From the NCBI GenBank assembly GCA_964016885.1, contig OZ024744.1, positions 31,620,001 to 31,684,000 on the forward strand: a stretch of DNA of 64,000 nucleotides, written 5' to 3'. Made by a program: the position numbers and the translations under genes. Under the pieces are notes generated by a model. That model saw nothing but the letters and a program-made list of their open reading frames with translations, did not search any database and had not been told where the DNA came from. Positions 38,028 through 51,143 of this stretch are shown here, piece after piece. Within the stretch, counting starts at the first letter, position 1, and each line of letters opens with the position of its first letter. This DNA is from Eledone cirrhosa (taxonomy: Eukaryota).

Positions 38028-38236
38028 GGCGACCTACGTAGGAAATCGTATTATCGTGAGCTCCGCAAAGGTTTGTTATTTCCGTTCGTTTAAAAATTGC
38101 CATTTATGGAAAATTTTATTGTAAGCTGTTTATAAGCACACATACATTGTTTTCCGAAAAGGACACCCAAAAAGATTGGGGCCTTGTGCCCAAAATTTTA
38201 ACTTTTATTATTATCCAAAAATTTCTTTGAAAAAAC

Positions 38237-40224
38237 ATGGCTAATTCCCCTCTGCACGAAGCAGCTGAAAGCCTTCCTCACAAAATAACACCTCACACCG
38301 ACACCACCATTGTAAATGTTACTACGTTTGCCAACACGAAAAAAAATATAAGCAGTAGCAATATTTTAAATTTGTCTCAGGCAGACATTCATTTCCCGCC
38401 ATTACCAATGACTGCAGGTGTTAAACCCTCCTCCACCACCACCACCGCGACAACCACCACCACCACCACCACCACCGCGACACCAGAAACAAAAGAAGAA
38501 AAAAATAAATTAACTCGTGACGTCGAAATGAAATCAAGCAAAATGGACTCTTCCCCACCAAAGACGACTGACGTCACCACCACCACAACTGAAAATAAAA
38601 TTAATATTAACGATAGCAACAACAACAACAATGACATTATAAAACCGACCCTCAGTTTCGCCATCGTAGCAAAACAATTCGAAGCGTTCACGGTAACTCA
38701 AGAAGATTTAGAAAATGCCAAACAAATGGTAAAGAAAGATGGGTACAGGGTCAGCCTCACCCCCCACCTAATAAAATGGAGCATCGGCGCCTGTGCACCG
38801 TGTCGTATAGAACAATAAATGTAAAATCGCGCCGAGTGGAACGGGCATCCGAGTCCCAAATCCAAAAAGCTTTGGGACATGTGTGGGCAAGAAAAACCCA
38901 CATCAGACGTGGGCAAAAGTATGGAACCGTGGATGTGTTCTTTGAAACACCAGATGAGGCTAGAGAACACTCCATGGCCCCATTAAAAAGTGACGACCTC
39001 ACACTCGTCCCAAGCTATTGTGGCCAGAGACTCGTAAAGATCAGGGTGACCCACGTTCCACCGGCCATCGAAATTCCCTGGCTAATAGCGGCTGTCCTCG
39101 CCGGCATCGAAGCCAACACGAAAATAATAGCAGTAGCAAAAGAAAAGCAGGAAAACTGGTCGGGATCTGGGATGGAGCTCCTGATCCAAGCGGACCAAAA
39201 AAGCATTGAGGATATCCCAGAGGTAATAGACCTCACTGACGGCAGCCACCTCACGGTAATTGTCGAGGGCAGAAGACCTAGGTGTGTCGTTTGTGGTGAA
39301 GGAACCCACCTAAGGGCTTTCTGCCCTCAGGCTAAAAGGTTGAGGCCACCTCTCCTACCCACCCCAGTGACACAACCATCAACACCACCAGTAGCAGAGA
39401 TGGCAGCAACAACTGTAGCAGCAACAACAGAAGCAACTATAACAGCAACAACCCCAGCAACAGTAGCAAAACCAACACCACTACCACCACCAGCAAAACC
39501 AACACCACCACCACCCAACGCTTCAGAACTAGTACCAGCGCCTACACCATCCACCGCACCACAACCAAAACTAACGGCTGTGGAGGATTTTCCACTCCCC
39601 GGCCTATCACAACTGGAGACAGATTGTGACGACGAGGAGTGGGAAACGATATCCGGGAAAAAAAAAAGAAACCAAAAAAGAAAAAATTCTCTTCCTTCCC
39701 CCTCCAAAAACAAAATACAGAGGGAAACAAATAAACTAAGAAACAAAAAAGTTAGGACAGATATGCCACCATCCACACCAGCATCACCAACCCCATCAAC
39801 CCAAACACCAACACCATCACCATCATTATCCCCAGCACCACCATCACCTACACCACAAAAGTCACCAAAATGCGAAACAGAAACAAACCCACAACAAACG
39901 CAAACAAAACAAGACAACCAAAACGATACACACTACACAGCATTAAATTTGAACAACAAGCAATTATTACACTACATCCAACACAACACCAGCATCACAG
40001 AAAAAGACTACACAACAACCCCAAAATTCACACCACCTCCACACATACAAATCACTCGCATCACACAGAAAACGTACATGACACTAAAACAAAAATTCCC
40101 CAAAGACATCGGAGACTTCCGACAAGCACTCTCCAGGAGGATTTATAAGGACATCCTTCCTGAGGAGGCCACAGGCAGTGAAAAGGTTGGAAAAGCCGTC
40201 CTTCCCCTACGAGAAGTAAGGTAA
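38237..40224 (+). CDS. Copy D ORF1 (one frameshift near 38765)
   Basis: 38237-38818 and 38776-40224 overlap; CVVCGEGTHLRAFC knuckle. Confidence 0.75.
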
Positions 40225-40258
40225 GTGGTCTTTCCCATCTTTTCCACTCCTTTTCAAC

Positions 40259-43200
40259 ATGACCTCACTCAGAATAGGCAGCATAAATGCGCGTGGCTTG
40301 GGGTCGTCATGGAAGCAGGGCCACCTGCTCAACGACCTCAGGTCACTAAACATAGATGTAATGGCCATCAGCGAGACCAGAATCTCCGAAGCACAGGCTT
40401 TCGCACCGATCTTCGGCGGCTACGATGTGTACGCATCTCCCAGCCGTCCGGGATCGGGGGGAGGAGTTACTGTGCTTTTTCGGAGAGGTTTGGATCTTGC
40501 CATACGGGCCATCTTCCTGGACCCTGAAGGTAAGTTGGTGGTGCTGGACGTGACCAGCGGAGACGGGCAAGCTTTCAGGTTAGTGACCGTCTATGCCCCG
40601 ACAGGAGCAGGGCGGCCTGATTTCTTCCGGCGTCTGGAGACCTTTCTTGGAACGTCCCGCTCTTTAGTGTTAGTGGGCGACTGGAACGGGATATTAGATG
40701 CACGCTGGGATTGTGTGGGATTAGTGGATAGGGGTGGAGGGTGCAAGAGTCTCACCAACCTGCTCAGACGTTTTGAACTGTCTGACAGGTACCGAATGGA
40801 TTTCCCGAATGTACCAATGTGGACTTGGACAAATCGCATAGGGTCATCCAGATCATATCTAGATAGAGTATTTTGTAGGGAAATAGATAGGTCTAGCATA
40901 GGCTGTCCACAATTCAAGATAGTCAGCTACACGGACCACAAATTCGTGATCTGTGTGCTTGACTTAGATAGGCTTCATAGACGAGGACCCGGCTACTGGA
41001 AGTTAAACGCGTCCTTACCAGCGCGCAAGGCCTACAGAGACCGGATTAGCGAATTAGTTAAGCGGGCGTTGACGGGGGCCATCGTCAACAACAAGTGGTG
41101 GTTTGCTCTGAAAAGAGCAATTAGAATAGAGTCCATTAGGTTTAGTAAGACTTTAGCAATAGAGAAAAATAGAGCAGAGGTAGAATTAGTTAGAAAATTA
41201 GATGAGGCGCTTAGCAAAGGCATCGCGACCGACGTACTTGCGGCGAAATTGGCCCTTGACCAATTCTTCAATCAAAGCACGAAGGCTGCGTTGTCAGAGC
41301 TAGGGTGCGTGCTCTCAGACACGAGGGGACGAAAGCCGTTCAATGTGCCCGAGTGGCGGAGGCGCGTCGTGGCAACAAAGCCACGATCCGGTCTTTGGTG
41401 GACCACGACGGGCGCATGCTACTCGATCCCGGGCAAATGTGTGAAGCTTTTCAGCGACACTTCGCTCAACTGTTCGGGGGCAGTGGCGGGCCGGATCGAG
41501 GGATGGACTTTAGTGTCTACCTCGACGGACTGCCGCGGCTTTCGGCCACTGAGGCGGAGTGTTGCGAAAAGCCGATAACAACCGCTGAAGTACGGGATGC
41601 AATGACTAGTTGCACAAGGGGTAAATCGCCTGGTTTGGATGGTCTGCCCTATGAACTTTACGTACAAATGCCAAACTTGTTCGGAGGCCTCTTGGCGGAC
41701 GTCTACTGCAACTGGCAACAGAACGGGAGAATTCCCAGCTCTGTGAGCCGAGGAGCGGTGGCGCTGCTGAGAAAGGATCCGAACAAGGGGGATAACATAG
41801 ATAAATTTAGGCCCATAACTCTGCTAAACACAGAGTTCAAGATTTTGGCCAAGGTGCTAGCAAAGAGGTTGGCGCTTGTCGTTGGTGGTCTGGTGGGAGA
41901 GGCACAGACATGCGCCATTCCCGACAGATCCATCCATGACAACCTCCACCTCATGCGATACATCGTAGAGAGGGTAGCTAGGGAACCTGGCACGGGTGGG
42001 TCTTTGATCAATTTAGATCAGTCGAAAGCCTTCGATAGAGTCGACCATCGTTACCTAGCGGCAGTCCTGAGGGCGGCTGGCTTTGGGCCCGTCTTCAGAG
42101 GCTGGATCGCTGCCATGTACAGCGACATCTGCTCTGTGGTGAGAGTGAACGGTCACCTGTCGGAACCGTTCAACATCATGCGCTCGGTCCGCCAAGGATG
42201 TCCCCTCTCGTCCCTCTTGTACGTATTGACTCTCGAGCCATTACTGCACAAACTGGAGACGTTGAGGGGCGTCCCGCGCGAACTAGGATGCGGAAGATCC
42301 GTGTCAGCATATGCAGACGATGTCACCGTAGTGATGTCGAACGCCAAACACATCGAGGCGATCGGCACTACACGAAGAGAATACGAAGCGGTGATAGGGG
42401 CAATGATCAACCAGGAAAAGTCAGTGGGCCTGCAGCTCGGCACCTGGAGAGGCAGGTCCATGCCGTCCAACAGCGTCGTCGGACGCTGGACGGACGGACC
42501 GGTTAAATTGCTAGGGGTCTGGTTCGGTCCGGACCTCCAGACGGACAAAAACTGGGACGAGGTGACGAGCAGGGTGGCTTCTCTCACCCAGAAATGGGCG
42601 GAGAGGAAGCTATCCCTGAAAGGTCGAGCGGAGGTGGCTAACGCGTACATCGCGTCTGTCATCTGCTACCGCCTGACCGTCGTACCTTGTCCTAAGCCTC
42701 GCCTGACTGCACTGGAGCGTCTGTTCTTTCGCTCTTTGTGGAAGGGACGCGCTCCGATGGTCAGGCGGTTCATCTGTTGTCAACATCCGCTACGTGGAGG
42801 GCTGGGCATGCCGTGGCTGATGATGCGCAGGCACGCGCTCAGGCTACGACATCTCCACCTCTTCCTCGAATGTGATCAGGTGTGGTCGCCGTTTGCTAGA
42901 CACGTATTTCCCCAGCTCGTTTCCTTGGCGGAGCTGCAGTCCTGGGACAAGCGAAAACCGAGAGGGAGCGCCTGGAGACTGGAATGTCTTCAGGCGCTCA
43001 CAGCCCTCGACCAATCGGGCAATGTGATCGGTGGAAACTCCACCTTGGCGTTCTATAGGGGATTAGTGGAGGGGAAGAGCGACGACGTACTTGGAGAAAC
43101 TCTAGGCGTCGACGAAAATCAACTAGCCAATCTCTTCGGAAGGACTTTCGGGCCGGGGCCTATGGACGACTTCCAGAAATCCCTGGCCTGGCAGTGCTAC

Positions 43201-43677
43201 CGAGGAGCTTTGCCAGTTCGGGATAAACTCTACAGGCATGGAGGTGCCGTCAGCCGGGCATGTCCGAGATGCGCGCAGGGCGACGAAACCGTCCTGCACG
43301 CACTCGTCCAGTGTCCGAGCATTGCTGACTTGTGGGTTTATGTCGAACACCTGCTGTCACGTGTAGGACGGATCCAGCTATCAGCTGAGTCCATCGTGAG
43401 GATTGCCCCGCCCCCTTCCTTTAGCCTGGAAGGGCAGGCAGTTTTTATCTGTCTGGTGGCCATGTCGAAAGAGATAGTATGGTGGACACGTTTGAAAGGG
43501 CTGAAGACGAGCACTTACCTCTTCGGTGATGCCCTGATTAACTTTTTCAAATTTCATTTGAAAAGGAAAATCAGGGTAGAGAGGGAAGTGCTCTCTTCCC
43601 AGCATTTTGTTGAAAGATGGGTGAGAGAAGCAAGTATGGCCCGAATGAATGGGCCTTTTCTGAGTATGTGTCTGTAA
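40259..43677 (+). pseudogene. Copy D ORF2 (APE-RT-zinc finger), single frameshift near 41271
   Basis: TTCAAT-CAAAGCAC versus TTCAATGCAAAGCAC in C (1-bp deletion); otherwise collinear, YADD intact. Confidence 0.9.
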
Positions 43678-43921
43678 ATTAAAGGTGGAAAACTGGGAGA
43701 GGGGACTTGCCCTGGTGGTCAGGGCCACTGTGGTCTTTTAATGGGCTTTCTCCACAAATGTCCCTTGGAAGTCTCCCCCGTATTGGGGAATTTTTCTTTG
43801 TTATTTTATTTCAACCTCTGTTTTTTTTTACACGCAGAAATGCCCATTTGTACCGTCCTGTATTGTCCTGTACTGTCCTTAATGTCTACTTTATGTGAAC
43901 CCTTGTGGTTAATAAAGAAAA

Positions 43922-43978
<57 letters not shown>

Positions 43979-43979
<1 letters not shown>

Positions 43980-46600
43980 CCATTTGTTCAATGCGAAACA
44001 CGAAGGTTGCATTGTTAGAGCTAAGGCGCGTGCGCTGAGAAACGAGGGAACCAAAGCTGTTCGATGGGCCCGCACGGCAGAGGCTCAGCGTGGTAATAGA
44101 ACCACAATTCGGTCTTTGGCGGACCGAGACGGACACGAGCTAAGCGATTCCAAGCGTATGTGTGAGGCCTTTCACCAGCACTTTGCTCGGTTGTTCGGGG
44201 GGAGTGGCGAGTCAGAGAGATTAGCGGACTTCAGTCTCTACCTTGACGGCTTACTTCAGCCGAAATTCAGGACGCCCTTGTCGGCTGCATGAGGCGCAAG
44301 TTACCCGGTTTGGATGGCCTGCACTATGAGCTTTACGTAAATATGCCAGACTTGTTCTCCGATCTCCTCGAAGGACTCTATTGCAACTGGCAGCAGAATG
44401 GGAGTATTCCCAGTTCTGTGAGCAGGGGAGTGGTGACGCTGATAAGGAAATACGAGAACAAGAGGGATACAATAGACAACTTCAGGCCCATAACTCTGCT
44501 CAACGCAGAGTTTAAGATTTTGGTCAAGGTGTTAGCAAAGAGATTGACGCTTGTCGTCGAGGATTTGGTTGGGGAGGCGCAAACTTGTGCAATCCCAGCC
44601 AGGTCCATACTCGACAATCTCCACCTCATGCGATATATCATAGAAAGGGTAGGGTGTAAACCTGGCTTCGGTAGGGCACTGATCTATTTAGATCAATCGA
44701 AAGCATTCGATGGGGTTGACCATCGGTATCTGGAGTTTGTCCTCAAAGCAGCTGGCTTCGGCCCTGTCTTTAGAAGCTGAATCGCTGCAATACGCAGCGG
44801 CACACACTCGGTGGTCAAGGTTAATGGCCACCTCTCGGAACCATTTCGGCTCTCCCGATCGGTTCGTCAAGGGTGCCCTCTCTCCTCCCTTCTGTACGTA
44901 TTGACACTCGAGCCTTTACTGCGGAAGCTGGAGCTGTTGCAGGGCATCCCGCTCGAACCGGGACGTGGAAAGGTGGTATCGGCTTATGCGGACAACATCA
45001 CCGTGATGGTGTCGGACACCTCAGAAATCGAGGTGGTCGGCACCTTATTGAAGGAATATAAAAGGTTGACAGGAGCCAAACTTAACCCGGAAAAGTCGGT
45101 GGGCTTGCAACTCGGAACCTGGAGAGGCATGCCTATGCCATCCAACAGCATCGTGGGGCGCTGGACAGGTGGATCGGTAAAGTTGCTCGGGGTTTAGTTC
45201 GCATCAGACCTCCAATTGGAAAAGAATTGGGACGAGGTAACGAGCAGAGTGGCCAGACTCACCCAAAAATGGGCTGGGAGGAAGCTATCACTGAAAGGTC
45301 GGGCGGAGGTGGCGAATGCGTACATCGCGTCCGTCCGTCGTGCTTTACCCCCGACCACGCCTCGTCAAGTTGGAACGGCTCCTCTTCAAATTCTTGTGGA
45401 AAGGACAAGTTCCATTGGTGAGGCTGTCCATCTGCTGCCAGCACCCTCTACGCGGAGGGCTGGGCATTCCATGGCTTATGATGCGCAGACATGCGCTAAG
45501 GTAGCGACATCTCCAGATAGTCTGCCTGTGTGGTCGCCGTTTATCAGACGGGCCTTTCCGCAGCTCGTTTCTGTGACTGAGCTGCAGTCCTGGGTCAAGA
45601 AGAGACCGAGACTGGGTGACTGGCACCTGGAATGTTGCCAGGCACTCACTGCCCTCTACCAAGCGGGCAATGCGATCAGTGGAACTTCCACTCTCGTGTA
45701 CTATAGAGGATTAGTGGTGGGCAAGTGCGATGACGCACTCGGAGAAGCTTTGGGCCTCGACGAAGTCGAACTGACCAGTCTGTACCGGATGACTTTCGAG
45801 CCGGGGACGATGCACAATTTCCAGGAATCCCTCGCTTGGCAGTGCTACCGGGGGGCACTGCCGGTTCTGGATAAACTCTACAGGCACGGAAGGGCTGTCA
45901 GACGGACCTGCCCAAGATGCGCACAGAACGACGAAACCGTTCTGCACGCACTTGTCCAATGTCCGTGCATTACTGACTTGTGGAGTTATGTCGAACAGCT
46001 ACTGTCGCGTGTGGAACGAATCCGGCTATCGGCCGAGTCCATAGTGAAGATCGACCCGCCGCCTCCTTAGGCCAGGAAGAGCAGGATATTTTCCTCTGTC
46101 TGGTGGCAGTTGCGAAAGAGGTTATATGGTGGACCAGGTTGAAAGGACTGAAGACAGACACTTTTCTCTTCGGCCAATCCCTCATCAACTTCTTCAAGTT
46201 TCACCTGGAAAGGAAGGTGAGGGTGGAGAGAGAAGTGCTGTCCTCCTGTACATTTCCTAAAAGGTGGGTGAATGTGGCGAGAATGGCTCGTGTGAATGGG
46301 CCTACTCTCACCATGCGCCTATAGGCTAGCTAACTTGAGGAGAGGGTGCTCTCTCTGGGTGCCCTAGAAGCGCAGGGTGGTTCAGGATTGGTGGGGTACC
46401 TGAGTGACCCTAGGGTCGTCCACCCCCTATAGGGGAATTTATTTTGTTATATTTATGCTTAGTTTATTTTATATTCTTACATCTTCATTGTTAAATTAGT
46501 CTTGCCATTGTGCACTTTTACTCGACCTTATTGTAAACCCCCACTGTCCCTGTCTTTGTATTGTCCCCTACATGTCGGCCCTTGTGACTAATAAATGAAA
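43979..46600 (+). pseudogene. 5'-truncated Tx1-like LINE copy E (B subfamily)
   Basis: Starts mid-ORF2 (FNAKHEGCIVRAKARA) right after the (ATT)n tail of D; YADN; 3' UTR nearly identical to B. Confidence 0.9.
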
Positions 46601-46609
46601 TCATTATTA

Positions 46610-46803
46610 TTGGATTGGCAGTATCGGTAGAGGGTCGGACGCCATGCTTTCCAGCATAGTTACGTCCCTTTACGATCTGAGTTCAAATCCCGCCGAGGTT
46701 GACTTTGCCTTTCATCCTTACGGGGTCGATAAAATAAAGTACCAGTAATGCACTGAGTAATTGCTGGCCTTGTGCCTAAAGTAGAAACAATTATTATTAT
46801 TAT
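46610..46803 (+). mobile_element. SINE, same family as 31721
   Basis: Near-identical to 31724-31905; begins after ATTATTAT. Confidence 0.9.
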
Positions 46804-46828
46804 TGTTGTTATTGTTGTTGTTGTTGTT

Positions 46829-47080
46829 AGGGCGGTGGATTGACCGTATCAGTTGAGCGTCAGACATGATACTTTGCAGCCTAGAGTTATGGCCCTTTAC
46901 AGTCTAAATTCAAATAATGCCGTGGTGAGCGTTGCCTTTTATATTTACGGTGTCGATAAAATAAAGCACCAGTCCTGCACTGGGGTCGATTTAATCGACT
47001 TTCCTCTCACCCAAAATACACTGACCTATAGTAGAAACCATTCTGGCCTTGGGCCAAAAGTAGAAACAATTATTATTGTT
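46829..47080 (+). mobile_element. SINE, older/longer subfamily
   Basis: GGCGGTGGATTGACCGTATC...GTCGATAAAATAAAGCACCAG...GGCCTTGGGCCAAAAGTAGAAACAATTATT. Confidence 0.75.
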
Positions 47081-47085
47081 ATAAC

Positions 47086-47283
47086 AAGGGCGGTGGATTG
47101 ACAGTATCGGTAGAGGGTTGGACGCCATGCTTTGACGCATAGTTTCGGCCCTTTATGATCTGAGTTCAAATCTCACGAAGGTTAACTTTGCCTTTCATCC
47201 TTACGGGGTTGCTAAAATAAAGTACCAGTAATGTACTGGGATAATTGCCGGCCTTGTGCCAAAAGTAGAAACAATTATTATAA
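47086..47283 (+). mobile_element. SINE, same family
   Basis: GGGCGGTGGATTGACAGTATCGG...GAGTTCAAATC...GGCCTTGTGCCAAAAGTAGAAACAATTATT. Confidence 0.85.
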
Positions 47284-47807
47284 CTATGGTCATGAATAAA
47301 GGATTGACAGAAAAATACCTTCTGGTATTTTCCTACGTCTCTTCTATTAGCTGTACTAAATACCATCATATATTCCCACGGAAGAATTGAAACAAAACAT
47401 TTCTATATGGCGAACTATAATAGTGAAATGAAAAGCCAAGTGATCTTACTAAAAGGTAACACAGAGATATGGGCGCGGAGACAGACCGGAAGTGCAAGAC
47501 GGCCATCCTCTGCTTGACGTTAAACGTTGGGAATAAACTTATTACCATTTTGTTTTTAAAGAAAAACATTTCTTTCTCGCAGTCTCGGCTGACTATAGCT
47601 GGCGGCGTAGGCGGCGGTGGTGGCGCTGAGGGTGGGTGGGGAGGGGGGTTCCATGCCAGTTATTATAATTGAACATAACATAAGTCGATATTCGTGTGTA
47701 TATATCTACATTCATACATATATATATATGTACATATGTGTATATATATATATATATGTGTGTGTGTGTTTGAATGTGTGTGTATGTGCGAGTATGTGTG
47801 TGTATGA

Positions 47808-47838
<31 letters not shown>

Positions 47839-47913
47839 TGCGTGTATGTGTGTGCGTGTATGTGTGTGCGTGTATGTGTGTGTGATTGTGTGTGTATGCG
47901 TGTGTATGTGTGC

Positions 47914-47956
<43 letters not shown>

Positions 47957-47968
47957 CGTGTGTGTGTA

Positions 47969-48026
<58 letters not shown>

Positions 48027-48155
48027 TGTGTGTGAAATGATGCTGCAACATTTTCAAGTAATGTCAGAGAAAGGAGGAAAGAGGAAAGAAAATATCACCA
48101 GACTCAATTTCTCTGACTTCACAAAATACAGTTTCAAATAACGTCCTGTCTTACA

Positions 48156-48406
48156 GTGGTGGCGGTAGTTGTGGTGGTGGCGGCGGCGGTGTTGGCGGCG
48201 GCGGCGGTGGCGGCGGCGGCGGCGGCGGTGGCGGCGGTGGTGGCGGTGGCGGCGGCGGCGGCGGTGGTGGCGGCGGCGGTAGTGGCGGTAGTTGTGGTGG
48301 TGGTGGCGGCGGTGTTGGCGGCGGCGGCGGTGGTGGCGGTGGCGGCGGCGGTGGCGGCGGTGGTGGCGGTGGCGGCGGCGGCGGTGGCGGTGGCGGTAGT
48401 GGCGGT

Positions 48407-48438
<32 letters not shown>

Positions 48439-48571
48439 TGGTTGTGGTTGTGGCGGTGGCCGTGGTGGCGGTGGCGGCGGTAGTTGTGGTGGTGGTTGTG
48501 GGGCTGGCGGTGGCGGTGGCGGAAGTGGCGGCGGCGGCTACTGTGGTGGAGGTGGTGGTTGTGGTGGTGGT
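48156..48571. repeat. (GGC/GGT)n trinucleotide array
   Basis: ~415 bp of GGY triplets. Confidence 0.9.
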
Positions 48572-48667
48572 TTACAAAATGGTCGTTACTGTGGCGTTGT
48601 TAATCTGCGTGAGTCGACAGAACCATCGTTAGAGCCTTCCACAGAATGACTTGCAATATTTCTTCTC

Positions 48668-48855
48668 CGTGGATTGGCAGTATCGGTAGAGGGTCGGATG
48701 CCATGCTTTCTAGCATAGAGTTACGGCCCTTGCCATTCTGAGTTCAAATCCCACCGGGGTTAACTTTGCCTTTCAGTATTACGGGGGTCGATAAAATAAA
48801 GTACCAGTAATGCACTGGGTAATTGCTTGCCTTGTGCCAAATCTAGAAACAATAT
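48668..48855 (+). mobile_element. SINE, same family
   Basis: GTGGATTGGCAGTATCGG...GAGTTCAAATCC...CCTTGTGCCAAATCTAGAAACAATATT. Confidence 0.85.
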
Positions 48856-48910
48856 TTCTTCTCGGTCCTGAGTTCAAATCGTACACACACACACATACAC
48901 ACACACACAC

Positions 48911-49537
<627 letters not shown>

Positions 49538-49922
49538 TATATATATATATATGTAATTATAAAATTGATAGTCATTGAGGAGGTTACAGATTGGTGTGAC
49601 GAAAGTGATTTGACGGGAGAATAAAGATAAAGTGAAAGTTATGTTGTGCGTCTGTTCATTTGCTATTTAAAGGGCGATGTGTTTTATGTATCCAATTACA
49701 TTGGATAAACAAGGTATGCTCTTATTTGGACAAACAACCCCTCCCGATGATACAGCCTGTTTACCGTCAATACCTGCGACAATCAGTCTGGAACTAGCTG
49801 TTGAAACTGCAAGAGCTCAGCCGTTGAGGTCCCGACTCTTTAGAATATAACCATACTCTACTGCTCCTAGTATCGAGTACTCTGGTGAGTAATGATCTAA
49901 CTGATTTCAAAGAGTATCCATC

Positions 49923-49969
<47 letters not shown>

Positions 49970-49981
<12 letters not shown>

Positions 49982-50762
49982 GAGAATGTCTGTATGTCTA
50001 TCTGTCTGTCTGTCTGTCTGTCTGTCTGACTCCCTAAAACTTGAGAACCACCCATCCGATTGTTTTCAAACTTTACACATGTAATACTTATGGTCGTGTG
50101 AGTGTTTTTAGCAAAAACTATTTCAAATTTTCAGTGCCCTTGGAACGGCATTATAATATCTATCTGTATGTCTGGCTGTCTGCATTACGACATTATGTCA
50201 TCGCTATCTGTGTGTGCGTGTGTGTGTGTATATATAGTGTGTGTATATATATATATAATCTTCTCATTGCTGACGTATTATCTTCGCTTTTTTCCGTTCA
50301 TTGCCAAGGAACGTCTCCACGAACCAAAGTATCGTCTTCCTGTTTTTGTTCGGTTGCAACGTTTTACGAAATATTTACTTCAGCTTTCACAGATTGATTT
50401 GTTTAGTTTCAGAAGATCCCGTTAAGGGTGAAAGCAGCGATTCTTCGCTTAAACTTTAATCTGTTATTTTAATATATATATATATAATTATATATCCGTG
50501 TACAGATATCTTTTCATACACAATAACAAAATATAAACAAACGAGGGGAACGCAAAACATAAACAAACGAGAGGGAACGCAATTACATGCTTTTGAAAAA
50601 TCTTAATAGAAAATTATTTGCCTATTCACTCAAGGCGACTTTCACTTTTTATGAGGACTTCTGCATCAATTGGTGAACATACGACGAAACTATTTCAGAA
50701 AGGAGGGATAAACATGCCAATCTATGTATAGAATCCCGAGCATCACCGGGCCATTCTGCTAG
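49970..50762 (+). mobile_element. Non-autonomous Helitron, related to 12112-13542
   Basis: (TGTC)n near the 5' end; 3' hairpin CCCGAGCATCACCGGG followed by CTAG (50759-50762) and T. Confidence 0.8.
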
Positions 50763-50768
50763 TATATA

Positions 50769-50990
50769 CTATAAGAATAAAGGGACAAATAATCAGTGTT
50801 GCATCATAACATATTTAATAACATATTACATATATTTCACTATCGATCAGCTCGAGGAACGACCTATTATTGACCGAATAATAGGTTGATAATAGGTCGT
50901 TCCTCGAGCTGATCGATAGTGAAACATATGTAATATGTTATTAAATATGTTATGATGTATCACTGAATTTATGTTCCTTTATTTTTATAG
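50769..50990. repeat. Fold-back inverted repeat, ~100-bp arms
   Basis: ...GATCAGCTCGAGGAACGACCTATTAT / ATAATAGGTCGTTCCTCGAGCTGATC...; the right arm carries a hammerhead-like 3' half GAAA-C-ATAT-G-TA. Confidence 0.85.
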
Positions 50991-51090
50991 CATTATACTC
51001 TACACTGGCTGAGCATCGAACGCTCACCCGGCATACCGCATACGGACGCAATTTTTCTTGCAACTATACACCTACACACAGACACCCCCG

Positions 51091-51143
<53 letters not shown>

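Larger units (their letters stand above)
38028..43922 (+). mobile_element. Tx1-like LINE copy D, full-length
   Basis: Begins directly after the (ATT)n tail of C; ORF2 and 3' UTR are nearly identical to C, while the 5' UTR and ORF1 are strongly divergent. Confidence 0.95.
17050..47283 (+). mobile_element. Head-to-tail array of Tx1/L1-clade LINEs and partner SINEs
   Basis: At least 7 LINE copies, all on the + strand, most separated by (ATT)n; SINEs interleaved. Confidence 0.9.

Noticed and set aside
31954-43922. C and D as a simple tandem duplication or assembly duplicate
   Set aside because: Their 5' UTRs and ORF1s differ strongly, and ORF2 has many scattered substitutions.
48156-48632. Ala/Val-rich or Gly-rich ORF with an upstream CAG acceptor-like site
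   Set aside because: Pure GGY trinucleotide array running into a degenerate SINE head; no non-repetitive coding signal.
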